Of a stretch of 64,000 nucleotides of DNA, positions 25,299 through 35,272 are shown piece after piece (position 1 is the first letter of the stretch; each line of letters opens with the position of its first letter). The stretch spans positions 1-64,000 of the forward strand of contig JASFYO010000019.1 in the NCBI GenBank assembly GCA_045047305.1. The letters are read 5' to 3'. The stretch is from Planctomycetota bacterium. GTDB lineage: Bacteria > Planctomycetota > UBA1135. Made by a program: the position numbers and the translations under genes. The notes beneath the pieces were generated by a model, which saw only the letters and a list, made by a program, of their open reading frames with translations, had not been told where the DNA came from and made no database searches.

Positions 25299-27026
25299 TC
25301 AGTCCTTAATCTCTACCCACTTAGTGGAACGTGGGTCGAAGTAAGGGTCTTCCTCGAAACTGATAGCGCTGTCATTGCTGGCATAGCCGAGCGCCTCAAG
25401 GTCGGCATTGCGCTCAGCGCTTAGTTTTACTTGAACATCTGGAATATGGGACCGCTCTACCATCAAGCCAAGAGCCATGAGTTGGTCCCACATCTGGTTG
25501 CGCAGTTCCACCTTGTCGGCAGCAAGGTTTTTCTGCTCTGCGGGGTCGGCAATTAAATCGTAAAGCCAATAGCGGTTGGCGGTGGCCTCGAACCAAGGGT
25601 CGGTGACAACCAGTTTGCTTGCTGGCAAACGCAAAGAGCGTAAAGGTCCGGTGGGGCCAGAAAGCGCACTGCCCATAGAATCCGTTTCAGAGAATGCTGG
25701 GCGCGAACCAAGATCGTCTTCATTGCGGAAGAAGGATAGAAGATTCTCTCCTTGCAACGCTTGTGCTTGCTTTGGCCACTCCAAACCAGCAACCGAAAGC
25801 AAGGTCGGGAGCACATCTAGGTGACGGACTTGCTCATCGTGAATCCCAGCTTGGAATCCGAGGCGTTCTCCAAGTGCAGGGCTCCACGCAAATTGGAGAG
25901 GTACTCGCAGCAATTCCTCATTCAAAGTATGTGCATGGCCCAAATCACCATGCTCCAAGAATTCTTCGCCATGGTCGGAACAGATGACTACTAAGAGGTT
26001 GTCGTTTGACGCAAGCTGCTTTGCAACAAAGTCGCCTACTTGATCATCGAGATACCGAATCTCCTCTGCATAGGAAAGGCGCAAACTTTCGACGTCTTGT
26101 TCAGAAAACCCGGTACCTTCGGTTGAGCGGAACATGCGTTCCGCATCTCCATCTAAGAGGGTTGTGATGCCAGTGTGATTAAACAAGCCGGCATAGGCGG
26201 ACGGCGGCTCGTATGGATAGTGTGCATCATTGAGGTGCAAGTAAAGAAAAGAAGCTTGGTCGCCCCCTTTTTGCAGCCAAGCGTCGCCCGCTTCCAAGAA
26301 AGGTGCTGCGGAACTGGAAGTGTCCACGGTAAAGGATTGAAAGCCTTGCGCGAAACCAAAAACTGGGGTGATGTTTGGGTTCGAGCTAAACGCTGCGGTG
26401 CGATAACCTGCGGCTAAAAAAGCCTCGGCCAGGGTGCGTTTTTCGGCGGGAAGAACGGAACGACGCGCACTGGCACCATGAAAGCCCGGAACCTGCCCCG
26501 TAATCAGAGTTCCAATCGATGGTTTGGTCCAAGGCGCCTGCGTAATGGCTTGAGTGAAAGCGGCGCCTTTACGCGCTATAGCATCGAGTTTCGGAGTGGT
26601 GTTGAGCTCCGATCCTCCCCAACCGACATAATCAAGGCGCACTGTGTCGAGCAAGATGAAAAGCACATCTGGTTTTTCGTTGGTGTTTGGACGTTGCGTT
26701 GCCACAATGATTTTTGGTAGCAGGGCAAAAGCAACCAAAACCACCACAACTAGCGGTTTTGCAAAGAAGTCGACTAAGGGTGCGGTGGGGTTCGGCGACG
26801 AGTCGATAGAATTGGAACGCATAGCGACCAGCACCAGCCCGAGCGCCAACCCGGCGGCGAGCAAAAGGCGTCGGCCGCCCAAATCGGAAGCCCACGTGAG
26901 CCAAAACAACAATCCATCGCCTGCTTCGGACCAGCCCCCGGCTGAGGACATGGAGAATGCGCGCCAGCAGGCCGGCAAGGCCGAGGCTAGTGCAACCGCG
27001 GAAACCAGGAAGAGCAGTCGTCTCAT
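25299..27026 (-). CDS. Membrane-anchored sulfatase-like hydrolase/transferase (alkaline phosphatase superfamily)
   Basis: N-terminal TM helices; ILLDTVRLD, APWTKPS, DAHYPY, SDHGEEF.EHG, LYDL..DP.E..NL; start ATG27026. Confidence 0.85.
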   Translation of the reverse strand: MRRLLFLVSAVALASALPACWRAFSMSSAGGWSEAGDGLLFWLTWASDLGGRRLLLAAGLALGLVLVAMRSNSIDSSPNPTAPLVDFFAKPLVVVVLVAFALLPKIIVATQRPNTNEKPDVLFILLDTVRLDYVGWGGSELNTTPKLDAIARKGAAFTQAITQAPWTKPSIGTLITGQVPGFHGASARRSVLPAEKRTLAEAFLAAGYRTAAFSSNPNITPVFGFAQGFQSFTVDTSSSAAPFLEAGDAWLQKGGDQASFLYLHLNDAHYPYEPPSAYAGLFNHTGITTLLDGDAERMFRSTEGTGFSEQDVESLRLSYAEEIRYLDDQVGDFVAKQLASNDNLLVVICSDHGEEFLEHGDLGHAHTLNEELLRVPLQFAWSPALGERLGFQAGIHDEQVRHLDVLPTLLSVAGLEWPKQAQALQGENLLSFFRNEDDLGSRPAFSETDSMGSALSGPTGPLRSLRLPASKLVVTDPWFEATANRYWLYDLIADPAEQKNLAADKVELRNQMWDQLMALGLMVERSHIPDVQVKLSAERNADLEALGYASNDSAISFEEDPYFDPRSTKWVEIKD

Positions 27027-27078
27027 GGATGTGCGTGAGTATATCCCCGACTTCAAGTATCCGAAGGAAACTGCCACG

Positions 27079-28170
27079 GTGGAATATGTGCAGGCTACCC
27101 GCGAAGACGGTGCTGCGATTAATGATTTGTACAATCGAGCCTTTGACCAAAAGCGTAGTTTTGAGAACTACCTTTGGAAGTACTGGAAAAACCCGGCGGG
27201 CCCCCCGTTTGGGATATTGGCCCGCGAAAAGGAGACTGGCAAGTATCTCTCCACTTCGACTGGCGTGCGTAAACAGGTTTGGGTGGAGGGAAGAGAGGTT
27301 CCTGGAATCCTGACTTGCGAAACGAGCTCCGATCCGGATGCGCGCGGCGGAGGACGTTTATTCAAAAGCGTGATGCAAGGTTTTGGCGTTGCGGTGAACG
27401 ATGAGCAGGGAATCGTTTGGAGCTATGGCGGACAGTCCAGCGATGATGCCATCAAGATTGGAAAGCGTTGGTTTGGTTTCCAGATTGTGGTGGAGTTGGT
27501 TTGCTGGGAAATCGTGTTGGGTCAGAAGTTGGCTTATCAAAGTCGTTTTGGCGACACGATTGGCGGCATCATTGGTGCTGTCGCAGACCCTCTTTTCCGC
27601 GCTCGATGGAAGACTCCTGCAACTGGCTTGAACTTTAAGCAGATCACTCGGTTCGATTCTGATTACGACGCCCTGTGGGAGCGCTTTCGCGATCGGTACT
27701 CCGTAGTTTTTTGGCGCGATGCAGCGACCTTAAATTGGCGCTACATGGATAATCCGTTTTGGAGTCATCGTGTGGTGGAAGCCCGTCGCAACGGGGAGCT
27801 GGTCGGTTACGTCGTTTGGCGTGAATGGAGCGATCAAGGCAATCGCATTGCCACCATCCTCGACATGTGGCACGGCGGTGATCAAACCACCGTAATGGGA
27901 TTACTCGATGAAGCCCGACGTTTAGCCGCCCAATCCGGATGCGCTTTCTTGCGCTTCTCGATTAAGGAAAACGGAGTTGAGGAAAAGGCGTTTGAGGAGT
28001 TCCGCAACGGCCGACGTAGTCCTTACGAACGCGTCGACAAAATCATCTGCACCCCGATGCCAGGGTCCACTCCCTATGAACAAAGCGAGGATGCTTATGC
28101 AACCTTGGCTGCAGTGATGGATGGCAGCAACTGGTTTTACTGCCAAGGCGATTGCGATTACCGCGACTGA
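27079..28170 (+). CDS. Tandem GNAT-fold N-acyltransferase
   Basis: YVQATRED..I..LYN.AF, WKYWKNP, DPDARGGG.LF, RDAATLNWRY..NP; GTG27079 with AAGGA SD preferred as start. Confidence 0.7.
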   Translation: MEYVQATREDGAAINDLYNRAFDQKRSFENYLWKYWKNPAGPPFGILAREKETGKYLSTSTGVRKQVWVEGREVPGILTCETSSDPDARGGGRLFKSVMQGFGVAVNDEQGIVWSYGGQSSDDAIKIGKRWFGFQIVVELVCWEIVLGQKLAYQSRFGDTIGGIIGAVADPLFRARWKTPATGLNFKQITRFDSDYDALWERFRDRYSVVFWRDAATLNWRYMDNPFWSHRVVEARRNGELVGYVVWREWSDQGNRIATILDMWHGGDQTTVMGLLDEARRLAAQSGCAFLRFSIKENGVEEKAFEEFRNGRRSPYERVDKIICTPMPGSTPYEQSEDAYATLAAVMDGSNWFYCQGDCDYRD

Positions 28171-29972
28171 GTTCGGTCAGGGAGTTGGTAAACACGAACC
28201 CAACTTCCGTCGGTGAGCGCTAGACGTTTGCCATCGGGAGAGAGCGCTGTTGCAGTGGAGTTGGGGAGGCCCAAGGGTGCGCCGATAGGTTCGAGTGTTG
28301 CCGCATCGAGAAGTTGAAAAGATGACTTGCTCCAGGAATGCGCGAGGAGAGTGGATTCGTCTAGGTGTCGGATAAAGGAGTAGTCACCTTCCCATCGGCA
28401 AACTTCTTTTCCAGTGGAGAGGTCTACCGCATGGATGGATGCAGGCTCTTCATCAAAATAACTACCACTGGTCTGGCAATAGACCAAGCGACTTCCCGAG
28501 GGGTTGATGCTTAAAGTGCGGATAGGGTCTCGAAGCTTGGGCACGAAAGATCGAACACTAGAACCCCCGTTAGGTGAGAACATATTTAGGGCCCCGCTTC
28601 CTCCGTGCTGGCCAAAGATGCTTGCCATGGCCAAGCTTTGGCTATCAGCGGTCCAGGCGAAATCCATCGCACGCCCTAAGAGGGGGATCTGATGAGAGGA
28701 TCCGTCGGAAAGGTTTACTAGGCTTAGGCCTTGCGACCAATCATCACCCCCAATCGCCAAGTACTGTTGGTTTGGGGAAAGCGAAATCTCGGGATTGCTG
28801 GATATGTCGTCCACCTTGAATGGAATGGTTCGCAGTGCTTCGCCGCTGACGCCATCGCGAAAAACAACCGCGCCTTTCTCTAAGCAAACGATCTCTCTGC
28901 CCTTGGCGCCACTAGTGCAGGAGCGAAAACCCTGCAAGGTTGTTCCCTTCAGGGTGTTTAAATCAAAAAATAAACTGTCCTTGCCTGAAGCAAGCAGGCT
29001 GTTCCCATCGGCACTAAACGCAAGATGCTTGGGCTCCGAAGGATGCAAGGAGAGCTCTCGGATTTTCTTATCGCCCTTCCACAATTGAATGTGGCCGGAA
29101 GAAGCTCCCACCGCAAGAAGGTCTGTATCGGTGGCAAAAGAAATCGATGGAGCCGAGGATCCGGTGTTGAGAGTTTGTAATAAAGTTCCCTCAAAGTTGT
29201 AGAAGTAGACTTCGTGGAATCCACCACTGATGGCAAAGCCGGTGCCATCGGGCATGAGCTCACAGGCATAGACCGATTTATGAGTGGGGAATGATTTCTC
29301 ACCAACTTGCACGAGCCCTGTGCCTTGAATGCTGAAAATGTTTCCATTGACTTCGCCCACACGGTAAACGGATTTCACCCCAGGCAAAGTATTGGGGTGC
29401 TTATATTGCAGGTCCAACTCCCCCGTATCTAGGCTGAATTGGCTCACGCCACTGGCATTGTCACCAACGATAAGCTTCTTCCTGTCGGTCGAAAAGCAAA
29501 CGCTCTTTGCGGGATAGGGTACTGGCGGAAACGTTTGTACTTCGGTCCAGCTCCGCGTTTCTACTACGCGCATGACCTTATTCGCATACTGATAAGCGAA
29601 TAAGGTACCAGCGTTATTCCAGGCAGCGCACGACCGAAAAGAAGCTAGCGTAGAAAAAACTAAATTTCCTTGGAGGTCATAAATGACAAGATTTTCTCCG
29701 ACGGTGACTACTTGAGTACCATCCGGCGAAAAACGGGTAGCTCCAAGCCAATAATCATCGACTTGGCGCGTCCAAAGAATCTGATCATTTGCTAAATCAT
29801 AAAGAATGAGGTCCCCCTCATTGCCAGTGGAGGCCAGCAAGGTTCCAGCGCCATTGAGGGCCAGAGATTGGCCGGAACCGCCACCGACCTGGAACTCAGC
29901 GATTAATTCCGGTGACTCTTGTTGGCCGGAAATGAGTTGGGTAGAAAAAAGAATGGCAGCGCATACCAGCAT
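28158..29972 (-). CDS. Exported WD40/YVTN-like beta-propeller protein
   Basis: Repeated FSPDG/FSADG/LSPNQ/WTADS blade motifs; signal-peptide-like N-terminus. Confidence 0.8.
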   Translation of the reverse strand: MLVCAAILFSTQLISGQQESPELIAEFQVGGGSGQSLALNGAGTLLASTGNEGDLILYDLANDQILWTRQVDDYWLGATRFSPDGTQVVTVGENLVIYDLQGNLVFSTLASFRSCAAWNNAGTLFAYQYANKVMRVVETRSWTEVQTFPPVPYPAKSVCFSTDRKKLIVGDNASGVSQFSLDTGELDLQYKHPNTLPGVKSVYRVGEVNGNIFSIQGTGLVQVGEKSFPTHKSVYACELMPDGTGFAISGGFHEVYFYNFEGTLLQTLNTGSSAPSISFATDTDLLAVGASSGHIQLWKGDKKIRELSLHPSEPKHLAFSADGNSLLASGKDSLFFDLNTLKGTTLQGFRSCTSGAKGREIVCLEKGAVVFRDGVSGEALRTIPFKVDDISSNPEISLSPNQQYLAIGGDDWSQGLSLVNLSDGSSHQIPLLGRAMDFAWTADSQSLAMASIFGQHGGSGALNMFSPNGGSSVRSFVPKLRDPIRTLSINPSGSRLVYCQTSGSYFDEEPASIHAVDLSTGKEVCRWEGDYSFIRHLDESTLLAHSWSKSSFQLLDAATLEPIGAPLGLPNSTATALSPDGKRLALTDGSWVRVYQLPDRTQSR

Positions 29973-29988
29973 GCTCTCATGATAGAGG

Positions 29989-30020
29989 AAAACGTCGCGC
30001 AGGAGTTCCTGCGCGACGTT
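29989..30020 (-). terminator. Intrinsic terminator after clpB
   Basis: Perfect inverted repeat AACGTCGCGCAGGA-gt-TCCTGCGCGACGTT followed by a short T run on the minus strand. Confidence 0.7.
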
Positions 30021-30046
30021 GCTCTATGCAATTCCATGGGCGCGGA

Positions 30047-32605
30047 TCACTGAGTGGAGCTGTGTACCTCAGCGCCGACAGTCGTCGACTCCAAAGTGAG
30101 CTTTCCATCAGAGACTCCCACACGCAACCCATGGCATTCTTCGAGCTCACCCCTTAAGAGTTTTTCTGAAAGCGGATTCAGAATTTTCTTTTGGATAAGC
30201 CTACGCAGCGGACGTGCGCCAAAGTCAGGGTCATACCCGCGCTCGGCAAGCCAAGTCCGCGCATCTTCACTAACCACTAGCTCCATTTGAGTGTTTTGCA
30301 TCAAACGTGCTGCAAGTTCCGTTACTTGTAAATCAACAATCTTGGCTAGCGCTTCTTTGGACAAGCTGTCAAAGACCAACACTTCATCAATGCGGTTTAC
30401 AAACTCCGGGCGGAAGTGAGCTCTCAAATCTTGCATGTTGCGCAAGTTTGAAGTCATTACGAGCAAGGTGTTGCGGAAATCCACGGTGCGCCCTTTGCTG
30501 TCGGTGAGACGACCATCGTCAAGCACCTGGAGCAAAGTGTTGAACACATCGGGGTGCGCCTTCTCCACCTCGTCCAGCAGCACTACGGCATAAGGATGAC
30601 GCCTTACTAACTCGGTTAGTTGACCGCCTTCATCATGGCCGATGTATCCCGGAGGTGCACCAATCAAACGTGCGACGGTGTGCTTCTCCTGATACTCGGA
30701 CATGTCCAAGCGAACCATTGCTTGTGCATCGCCGAACAACTCCGTTGCAATCGCTTTGCACAATTCCGTTTTGCCGACACCAGTTGGTCCAAGGAAAATG
30801 AAACTGCCCAAAGGACGACTTTCATCCTGCAGTCCAGCACGAGCGCGCCGCACCGTTTCCGCAACTGCAGTGACAGCCTGATCCTGTCCAATGACGTGCT
30901 CTTGCAGCAAGGACTCAAGCTTTAACAAGCGTTGCCTTTCCGTTTCAATCATGCGGTCGACCGGAATTCCAGTCCAAGCTGCCACAACTTCTGCGACTTC
31001 ACTTGGGCCGACCTCTTCGCGCAAAATCGGTTGATCACCCTGCAGTTCGCGTAACTTCACGGCGGCCTTGTCAGCAGCGGCTTCCAGGTCAGGGATTTCG
31101 CCAAACTGAATGCGTCCGACTTGCTCTAAGTTGCCTTCGCGTTCTAACTGTTCTGCACGAATGCGCAGCTCTTCGATTTCGGCCATGGCATCTTTCATCA
31201 AGTCCACTTGTTGCTTCTCGTTTTGCCAACGAGCCCGCAATGCTTGTGCACTCTCTTCCACCTCAGCCTTGTCTTCCTCCAAGACCTTGATCTTTATTTT
31301 TGCATCGGCGCCTCCTTCAGCCTCAAGTCCCGCTTGTTCAATCTGAATCCTGCGTAGACGGCGTTCTAAAACATCCAATTCTGCCGGCATGGAATCCAGT
31401 TCTAAACGCAAACGACTCATGGCTTCATCCATCGCATCAATTGCTTTATCGGGTAACTGACGATCTGCGATATAGCGATACGAAAGGTTCGCTGCGGCTA
31501 CCAAGGCAGCATCGGTAATTTTTACGCCGTGGTGCACTTCATAGCGTTCTTGCAAGCCACGCAAAATCGCAATGGTGTCGGCGACATCAGGCTCTTTCAC
31601 CTTTACCGGCTGAAAGCGGCGTTCTAGTGCAGCATCCTTTTCAATGTGTTTGCGGTATTCCTCGTAAGTCGTGGCGCCAATACACCTCAATTCTCCGCGG
31701 GCCAGCGCCGGCTTCAACAAGTTAGCAGCATCAACTGCGCCTTCCGCAGCGCCGGCACCAACCATGGTGTGTAGCTCATCGATGAACAAGATGATTCCGC
31801 CGTCGGCATCCTGCACTTCTTTTAGTACGGCCTTCAACCGCTCTTCAAACTCACCGCGATACTTGGCGCCGGCTAATAAGGAACCCAAATCGAGTGACAT
31901 TAAGCGCTTGTTTTCGAGCCCAGTAGGCACATCGCCAGAAATAATACGTTGTGCTAATCCTTCCACTACGGCAGTTTTGCCCACACCGGGTTCACCCACG
32001 AGAACCGGGTTGTTTTTCGTTCGGCGAGAGAGAATCTGCATCACTCGACGCACCTCTTCATCTCGCCCAATGACTGGATCGAGCTTGCCATCTCGTGCTA
32101 GTTGGGTGAGATCCTGCGCATACTTGCCAAGCGCATCGTCGGAAGCCTCCGGGTGGTCATCGGTGACTTTGCGATCGCCACGAATGCCTTCAAGGGCTGA
32201 ACGTATTGCAGCTGGATTGGCTCCACAATCTTGCAGTTCCTTTGCGAGAGGGGAGTCGGCGGAGACTAAAGCAAGCAGCAGGTGTTCGGTGGATAAGAAA
32301 TCGTCGCCCTGGGCTTGGCGGCATGCGTCCGCGGCCTGGAGCAAAAAGCCAAACTCCTTGGAGGCCATAAGCTCTCCAGGTTGGACCTTGGGCAGCTTTG
32401 CCAGCGCTTGGTTGGCTAAGGCTTCAGCTAAAAGTGGGCTTAGCTCCGTCTTGGACAATAGGGCAGGAACAAGCCCTTTCTCTTGTTTAAGCAGGGCCAG
32501 CAAGAGGTGGGCCGGCATCATCTCTCGGTGGGAGAGATCACGGGTGAAGCGCTCTGCAGCCTGCAGGGCTTCCTGAGTTTTTTGGGTGAGTGCTTGTGGA
32601 TTCAT
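30047..32605 (-). CDS. clpB: ATP-dependent chaperone ClpB
   Basis: Two AAA+ modules ([16 protein letters not shown]), coiled-coil middle domain, GARPLRR; start MNPQALTQK. Confidence 0.95.
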   Translation of the reverse strand: MNPQALTQKTQEALQAAERFTRDLSHREMMPAHLLLALLKQEKGLVPALLSKTELSPLLAEALANQALAKLPKVQPGELMASKEFGFLLQAADACRQAQGDDFLSTEHLLLALVSADSPLAKELQDCGANPAAIRSALEGIRGDRKVTDDHPEASDDALGKYAQDLTQLARDGKLDPVIGRDEEVRRVMQILSRRTKNNPVLVGEPGVGKTAVVEGLAQRIISGDVPTGLENKRLMSLDLGSLLAGAKYRGEFEERLKAVLKEVQDADGGIILFIDELHTMVGAGAAEGAVDAANLLKPALARGELRCIGATTYEEYRKHIEKDAALERRFQPVKVKEPDVADTIAILRGLQERYEVHHGVKITDAALVAAANLSYRYIADRQLPDKAIDAMDEAMSRLRLELDSMPAELDVLERRLRRIQIEQAGLEAEGGADAKIKIKVLEEDKAEVEESAQALRARWQNEKQQVDLMKDAMAEIEELRIRAEQLEREGNLEQVGRIQFGEIPDLEAAADKAAVKLRELQGDQPILREEVGPSEVAEVVAAWTGIPVDRMIETERQRLLKLESLLQEHVIGQDQAVTAVAETVRRARAGLQDESRPLGSFIFLGPTGVGKTELCKAIATELFGDAQAMVRLDMSEYQEKHTVARLIGAPPGYIGHDEGGQLTELVRRHPYAVVLLDEVEKAHPDVFNTLLQVLDDGRLTDSKGRTVDFRNTLLVMTSNLRNMQDLRAHFRPEFVNRIDEVLVFDSLSKEALAKIVDLQVTELAARLMQNTQMELVVSEDARTWLAERGYDPDFGARPLRRLIQKKILNPLSEKLLRGELEECHGLRVGVSDGKLTLESTTVGAEVHSSTQ

Positions 32606-32647
32606 GTCATTTTGGCTGGGAGGGCTACTCCGCAACGTCCGATAACG

Positions 32648-32690
32648 TGCAACGTCCGTGCCACGGCAAAACCGCCAATATGGCAGTCCC
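32648..32690 (-). promoter_or_regulatory. Sigma-54 (-24/-12) promoter of clpB with upstream palindromic operator
   Basis: Minus strand reads GGGACTGCCATATTGGCGGTTTTGCCG-TGGCACGGACGTTGCA; perfect TGGCACG-N4-TTGCW match. Confidence 0.8.
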
Positions 32691-32709
32691 GGTTGCGTAA
32701 ACTTCTCTG

Positions 32710-33234
32710 ATGCCCGAAATCAGCCTCCTCCTCCTTGGATTTCTCAGCTTTATTGTCGCTGGGGCGGGCCTCCTGCTGATTCCATTCAGCCTTCCAGGTA
32801 ACTGGATCATTGCCTGCGCTGGGCTCTTCGGCCCCACGCTTGGTTTGGGCTGGACTCCCCTGTGGATTCTCCTTGCCGCTGCGGGAGTTGCGGAGCTTTT
32901 GGAGCTGCTCCTCGCCACCAAGACCGCAAAGAAAGCCGGTGCCGGCAAATCTGGTCAATGGGGGGCTTTCTTTGGGGGCATCACGGGGGCTATCTTTGCC
33001 ACTCCCTTCATCCCCATTCCGATTTTGGGCACCTTAATCGGCGCAGCGGCAGGGGCATTTCTTGGCGCCATTCTGTTTGAGATCATGTTTGCCAACCGAG
33101 AAAGCCAAGAGCTTATGAGCATTGGCTTTGGGGCGTTTTTGGGAGTCCTTTTAGGGAAAGGGGCCAAAATGGCCTTAGGAGCTTTTCAAATGGGCTATTG
33201 GGGCTTTGCCGTTTATCAAGGAATTTGGGCATAG
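32710..33234 (+). CDS. DUF456 family membrane protein
   Basis: [36 protein letters not shown] pattern. Confidence 0.8.
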   Translation: MPEISLLLLGFLSFIVAGAGLLLIPFSLPGNWIIACAGLFGPTLGLGWTPLWILLAAAGVAELLELLLATKTAKKAGAGKSGQWGAFFGGITGAIFATPFIPIPILGTLIGAAAGAFLGAILFEIMFANRESQELMSIGFGAFLGVLLGKGAKMALGAFQMGYWGFAVYQGIWA

Positions 33235-33340
33235 TCCAATCACCGGCAAACTGTTTGCGGATTCGGGCGTAGGTTGAGGGCCACGCTAACCCTGTGGAGC
33301 GGTACAATCCGCACTCATTTCCCTCCCCGGAAACAGACAC

Positions 33341-34162
33341 ATGTTCAAGAAAACCATTCTTTTCGCTTCGGTCACGGCTGCCTTGATGGGGCCAATCTCC
33401 GCCCAAGAAGGCGAGGCCCAAGCCACCGAAACCGTACCAGTCTCCAATCCTGCACTTGATGCAATTTTGGAGCATGTCCCAGCCATCTTCGACAACGCCT
33501 GGAAGTCTACCTTCCATATTTCCGTTACCGAAGGTGAGAAGCAAAATGCCGACGTCACCGTTGGTTTGAAGTTCCAAGACAAGACTCACTTCGCTGTCAA
33601 TCTCGACCTCACGGTGGAAGATGACTTTGAAGGCGAGAAGCAGATGAACTTCACCATTCTTGCTGACGGTACTTTCCTTTACGTCGACTCGCCAAGCATG
33701 GCTGAGGTCTCTGGCGGCATGGCCAACGGCCCGGTCAAAGTCGAGATCGCTGTCTTGGAGAAAATGATCGGCTCTCAAATGGGCGGCATGACTGGCGGTG
33801 GCGAAATGGACAAGGACGCGATCAAGAAATTGGTCGGTGGCGCGCTTGAAAAATTCACCTTTAAGGAAGAGGGATCTGGCGAAGGCTTGCGTCGCTTTAC
33901 CCTTGCCGGCGACGGCCTCAATGGCTTCGTTGCATTCGAAAAAGAGCACTGGTTTCTTTCCTCCCTGGAAATGAACTTTGCGGAAGGCGAAGAGTCTGGC
34001 AAAGCGGTTGTCAACGCAAGCGATATCGCTCTTGTTGAGGCTTTCCCAGAAGGTACTTTCACTTTCGCAGTCGCAGAAGGTCAGACCGTCATGGACTTGA
34101 CCCCAATGATGCAGATGTCGATGCCTCAGGAAGAGGTTGCCGACGACGACCTCGAGTTCTAA
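33341..34162 (+). CDS. Exported LolA/LppX-fold protein
   Basis: Signal peptide; ADGTFLYVDSP and FPEGTFTFAVAEGQTVMD resemble LolA-family motifs; codon bias of a highly expressed gene. Confidence 0.6.
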   Translation: MFKKTILFASVTAALMGPISAQEGEAQATETVPVSNPALDAILEHVPAIFDNAWKSTFHISVTEGEKQNADVTVGLKFQDKTHFAVNLDLTVEDDFEGEKQMNFTILADGTFLYVDSPSMAEVSGGMANGPVKVEIAVLEKMIGSQMGGMTGGGEMDKDAIKKLVGGALEKFTFKEEGSGEGLRRFTLAGDGLNGFVAFEKEHWFLSSLEMNFAEGEESGKAVVNASDIALVEAFPEGTFTFAVAEGQTVMDLTPMMQMSMPQEEVADDDLEF

Positions 34163-34184
34163 GGAACCCCTGGACTTCACTTCC

Positions 34185-34219
34185 GGCGGGTACCTCGATT
34201 GGGGGTGCCCGCCCTTTTT
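34185..34219 (+). terminator. Intrinsic terminator
   Basis: 12-bp stem GGCGGGTACCTC/GGGGTGCCCGCC (2 G-U) followed by CTTTTT. Confidence 0.8.
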
Positions 34220-34243
34220 AATGTACCGAAGATTTTCCTCGGA

Positions 34244-35260
34244 ATGAAATACCTCATCATCTGCCTTCTTTCATTGGGTGCTTGCACAGCACCACAAGCG
34301 AATACCAAGCAAGCCTCGACCGGGTTTTTTGGTGGAAGCGTTAAGGCTCCGGTAATCCCGGATAACTATCAGCAGTGGCTTGACGGTTTACCCTCGCAAG
34401 AAAACGAGGCAAGCAAACCGTTCCAGGCGGACTTCGCCGGCAAAATGGTGTTGGATATACCGCAAGAAGGCGTGCAGGTGGAAGTTCAAATCAGTGGCTC
34501 GGTTGAATACGCAGATCTGCGCCATTTCCGCGAAATCGTTGAGTTCCATGTAGATCTCGGTGATCTACCTGGCAAAATGCCGATGGGCCCCTTCCGGGTG
34601 AGTTTGCATATGAATGCAGATGGCGAGTCTTTACACGTCAGTCCTAATTTTCATCAAGACTGGCTCTATGCCATGATTCAGGGCGCCAACATGGGCTTTG
34701 AGAAAATGGTATTCACCTTAGACCTCGATACCCTGGAGGAAATGCTCGCAGTCTATTGGGAGTATTTCGACAATGCCGACATTGATTTGGCGGGTTTACT
34801 CCCTGAAGGAATGAGCACGGAAGAGTTCTTTTCTCGAGGCATTAACCCCGCCGCTTGGGCAAGACTGTATTTACTGACGGCCGATATTTCTAACTTCCGC
34901 GTGGACTCCGGTGAGGTCCATGTCACTGCAAAGCTAAAAGATGAATGGATGAATGGGATGATGATGGCGGATCCCAACGCGCGGGCGATGATGGAAGACA
35001 TGTCCTATGAGATATGCTTTGATCGGTATTCAGGAATTCCAACCAGCATGGGGTTGTCGTTGAAAGCGGACGGCTTTTCGATGAACGGGTCCATCGAGTT
35101 CCTTGATTTCATGGTAGGCGATGGTCTTTTCCCATCGGATCACTTTCAGCATGAAAGCACCCAAGGTCGTACTTTGTTTCCAGTTGACACGTTCATGCAG
35201 ATGGGGCTTGGCGCCATGCAAGGGCAAATGGAAGAAGACGACGAAGACATTCCGTTTTAA
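34244..35260 (+). CDS. Lipoprotein, probable LolA/LppX-like fold
   Basis: MKYLIICLLSLGAC lipobox; ADGESLHVSP and FDRYSGIP motifs; acidic-Phe tail. Confidence 0.55.
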   Translation: MKYLIICLLSLGACTAPQANTKQASTGFFGGSVKAPVIPDNYQQWLDGLPSQENEASKPFQADFAGKMVLDIPQEGVQVEVQISGSVEYADLRHFREIVEFHVDLGDLPGKMPMGPFRVSLHMNADGESLHVSPNFHQDWLYAMIQGANMGFEKMVFTLDLDTLEEMLAVYWEYFDNADIDLAGLLPEGMSTEEFFSRGINPAAWARLYLLTADISNFRVDSGEVHVTAKLKDEWMNGMMMADPNARAMMEDMSYEICFDRYSGIPTSMGLSLKADGFSMNGSIEFLDFMVGDGLFPSDHFQHESTQGRTLFPVDTFMQMGLGAMQGQMEEDDEDIPF

Positions 35261-35272
35261 CCCCGCAATAAC

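Noticed and set aside
26644..27134. Apparent 490-bp head-to-head overlap, or shared CATG start, of the sulfatase-like and GNAT genes
   Set aside because: Better starts exist (ATG27026 on minus; GTG27079 with AAGGA SD on plus), leaving an ordinary 52-bp divergent gap
31671..32576. 301-aa ORF antisense to clpB (similar ones lie opposite groEL)
   Set aside because: Ser/Ala-rich antisense shadow with no independent evidence
33113..34180. 355-aa ORF antisense to the LolA-like gene
   Set aside because: Codon-register mirror of a strongly biased gene; the plus-strand gene has the signal peptide, promoter and terminator
34244..35260. Single-stranded DNA-binding protein, suggested by the DEDIPF tail
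   Set aside because: Has a lipoprotein signal and no OB-fold SSB motifs
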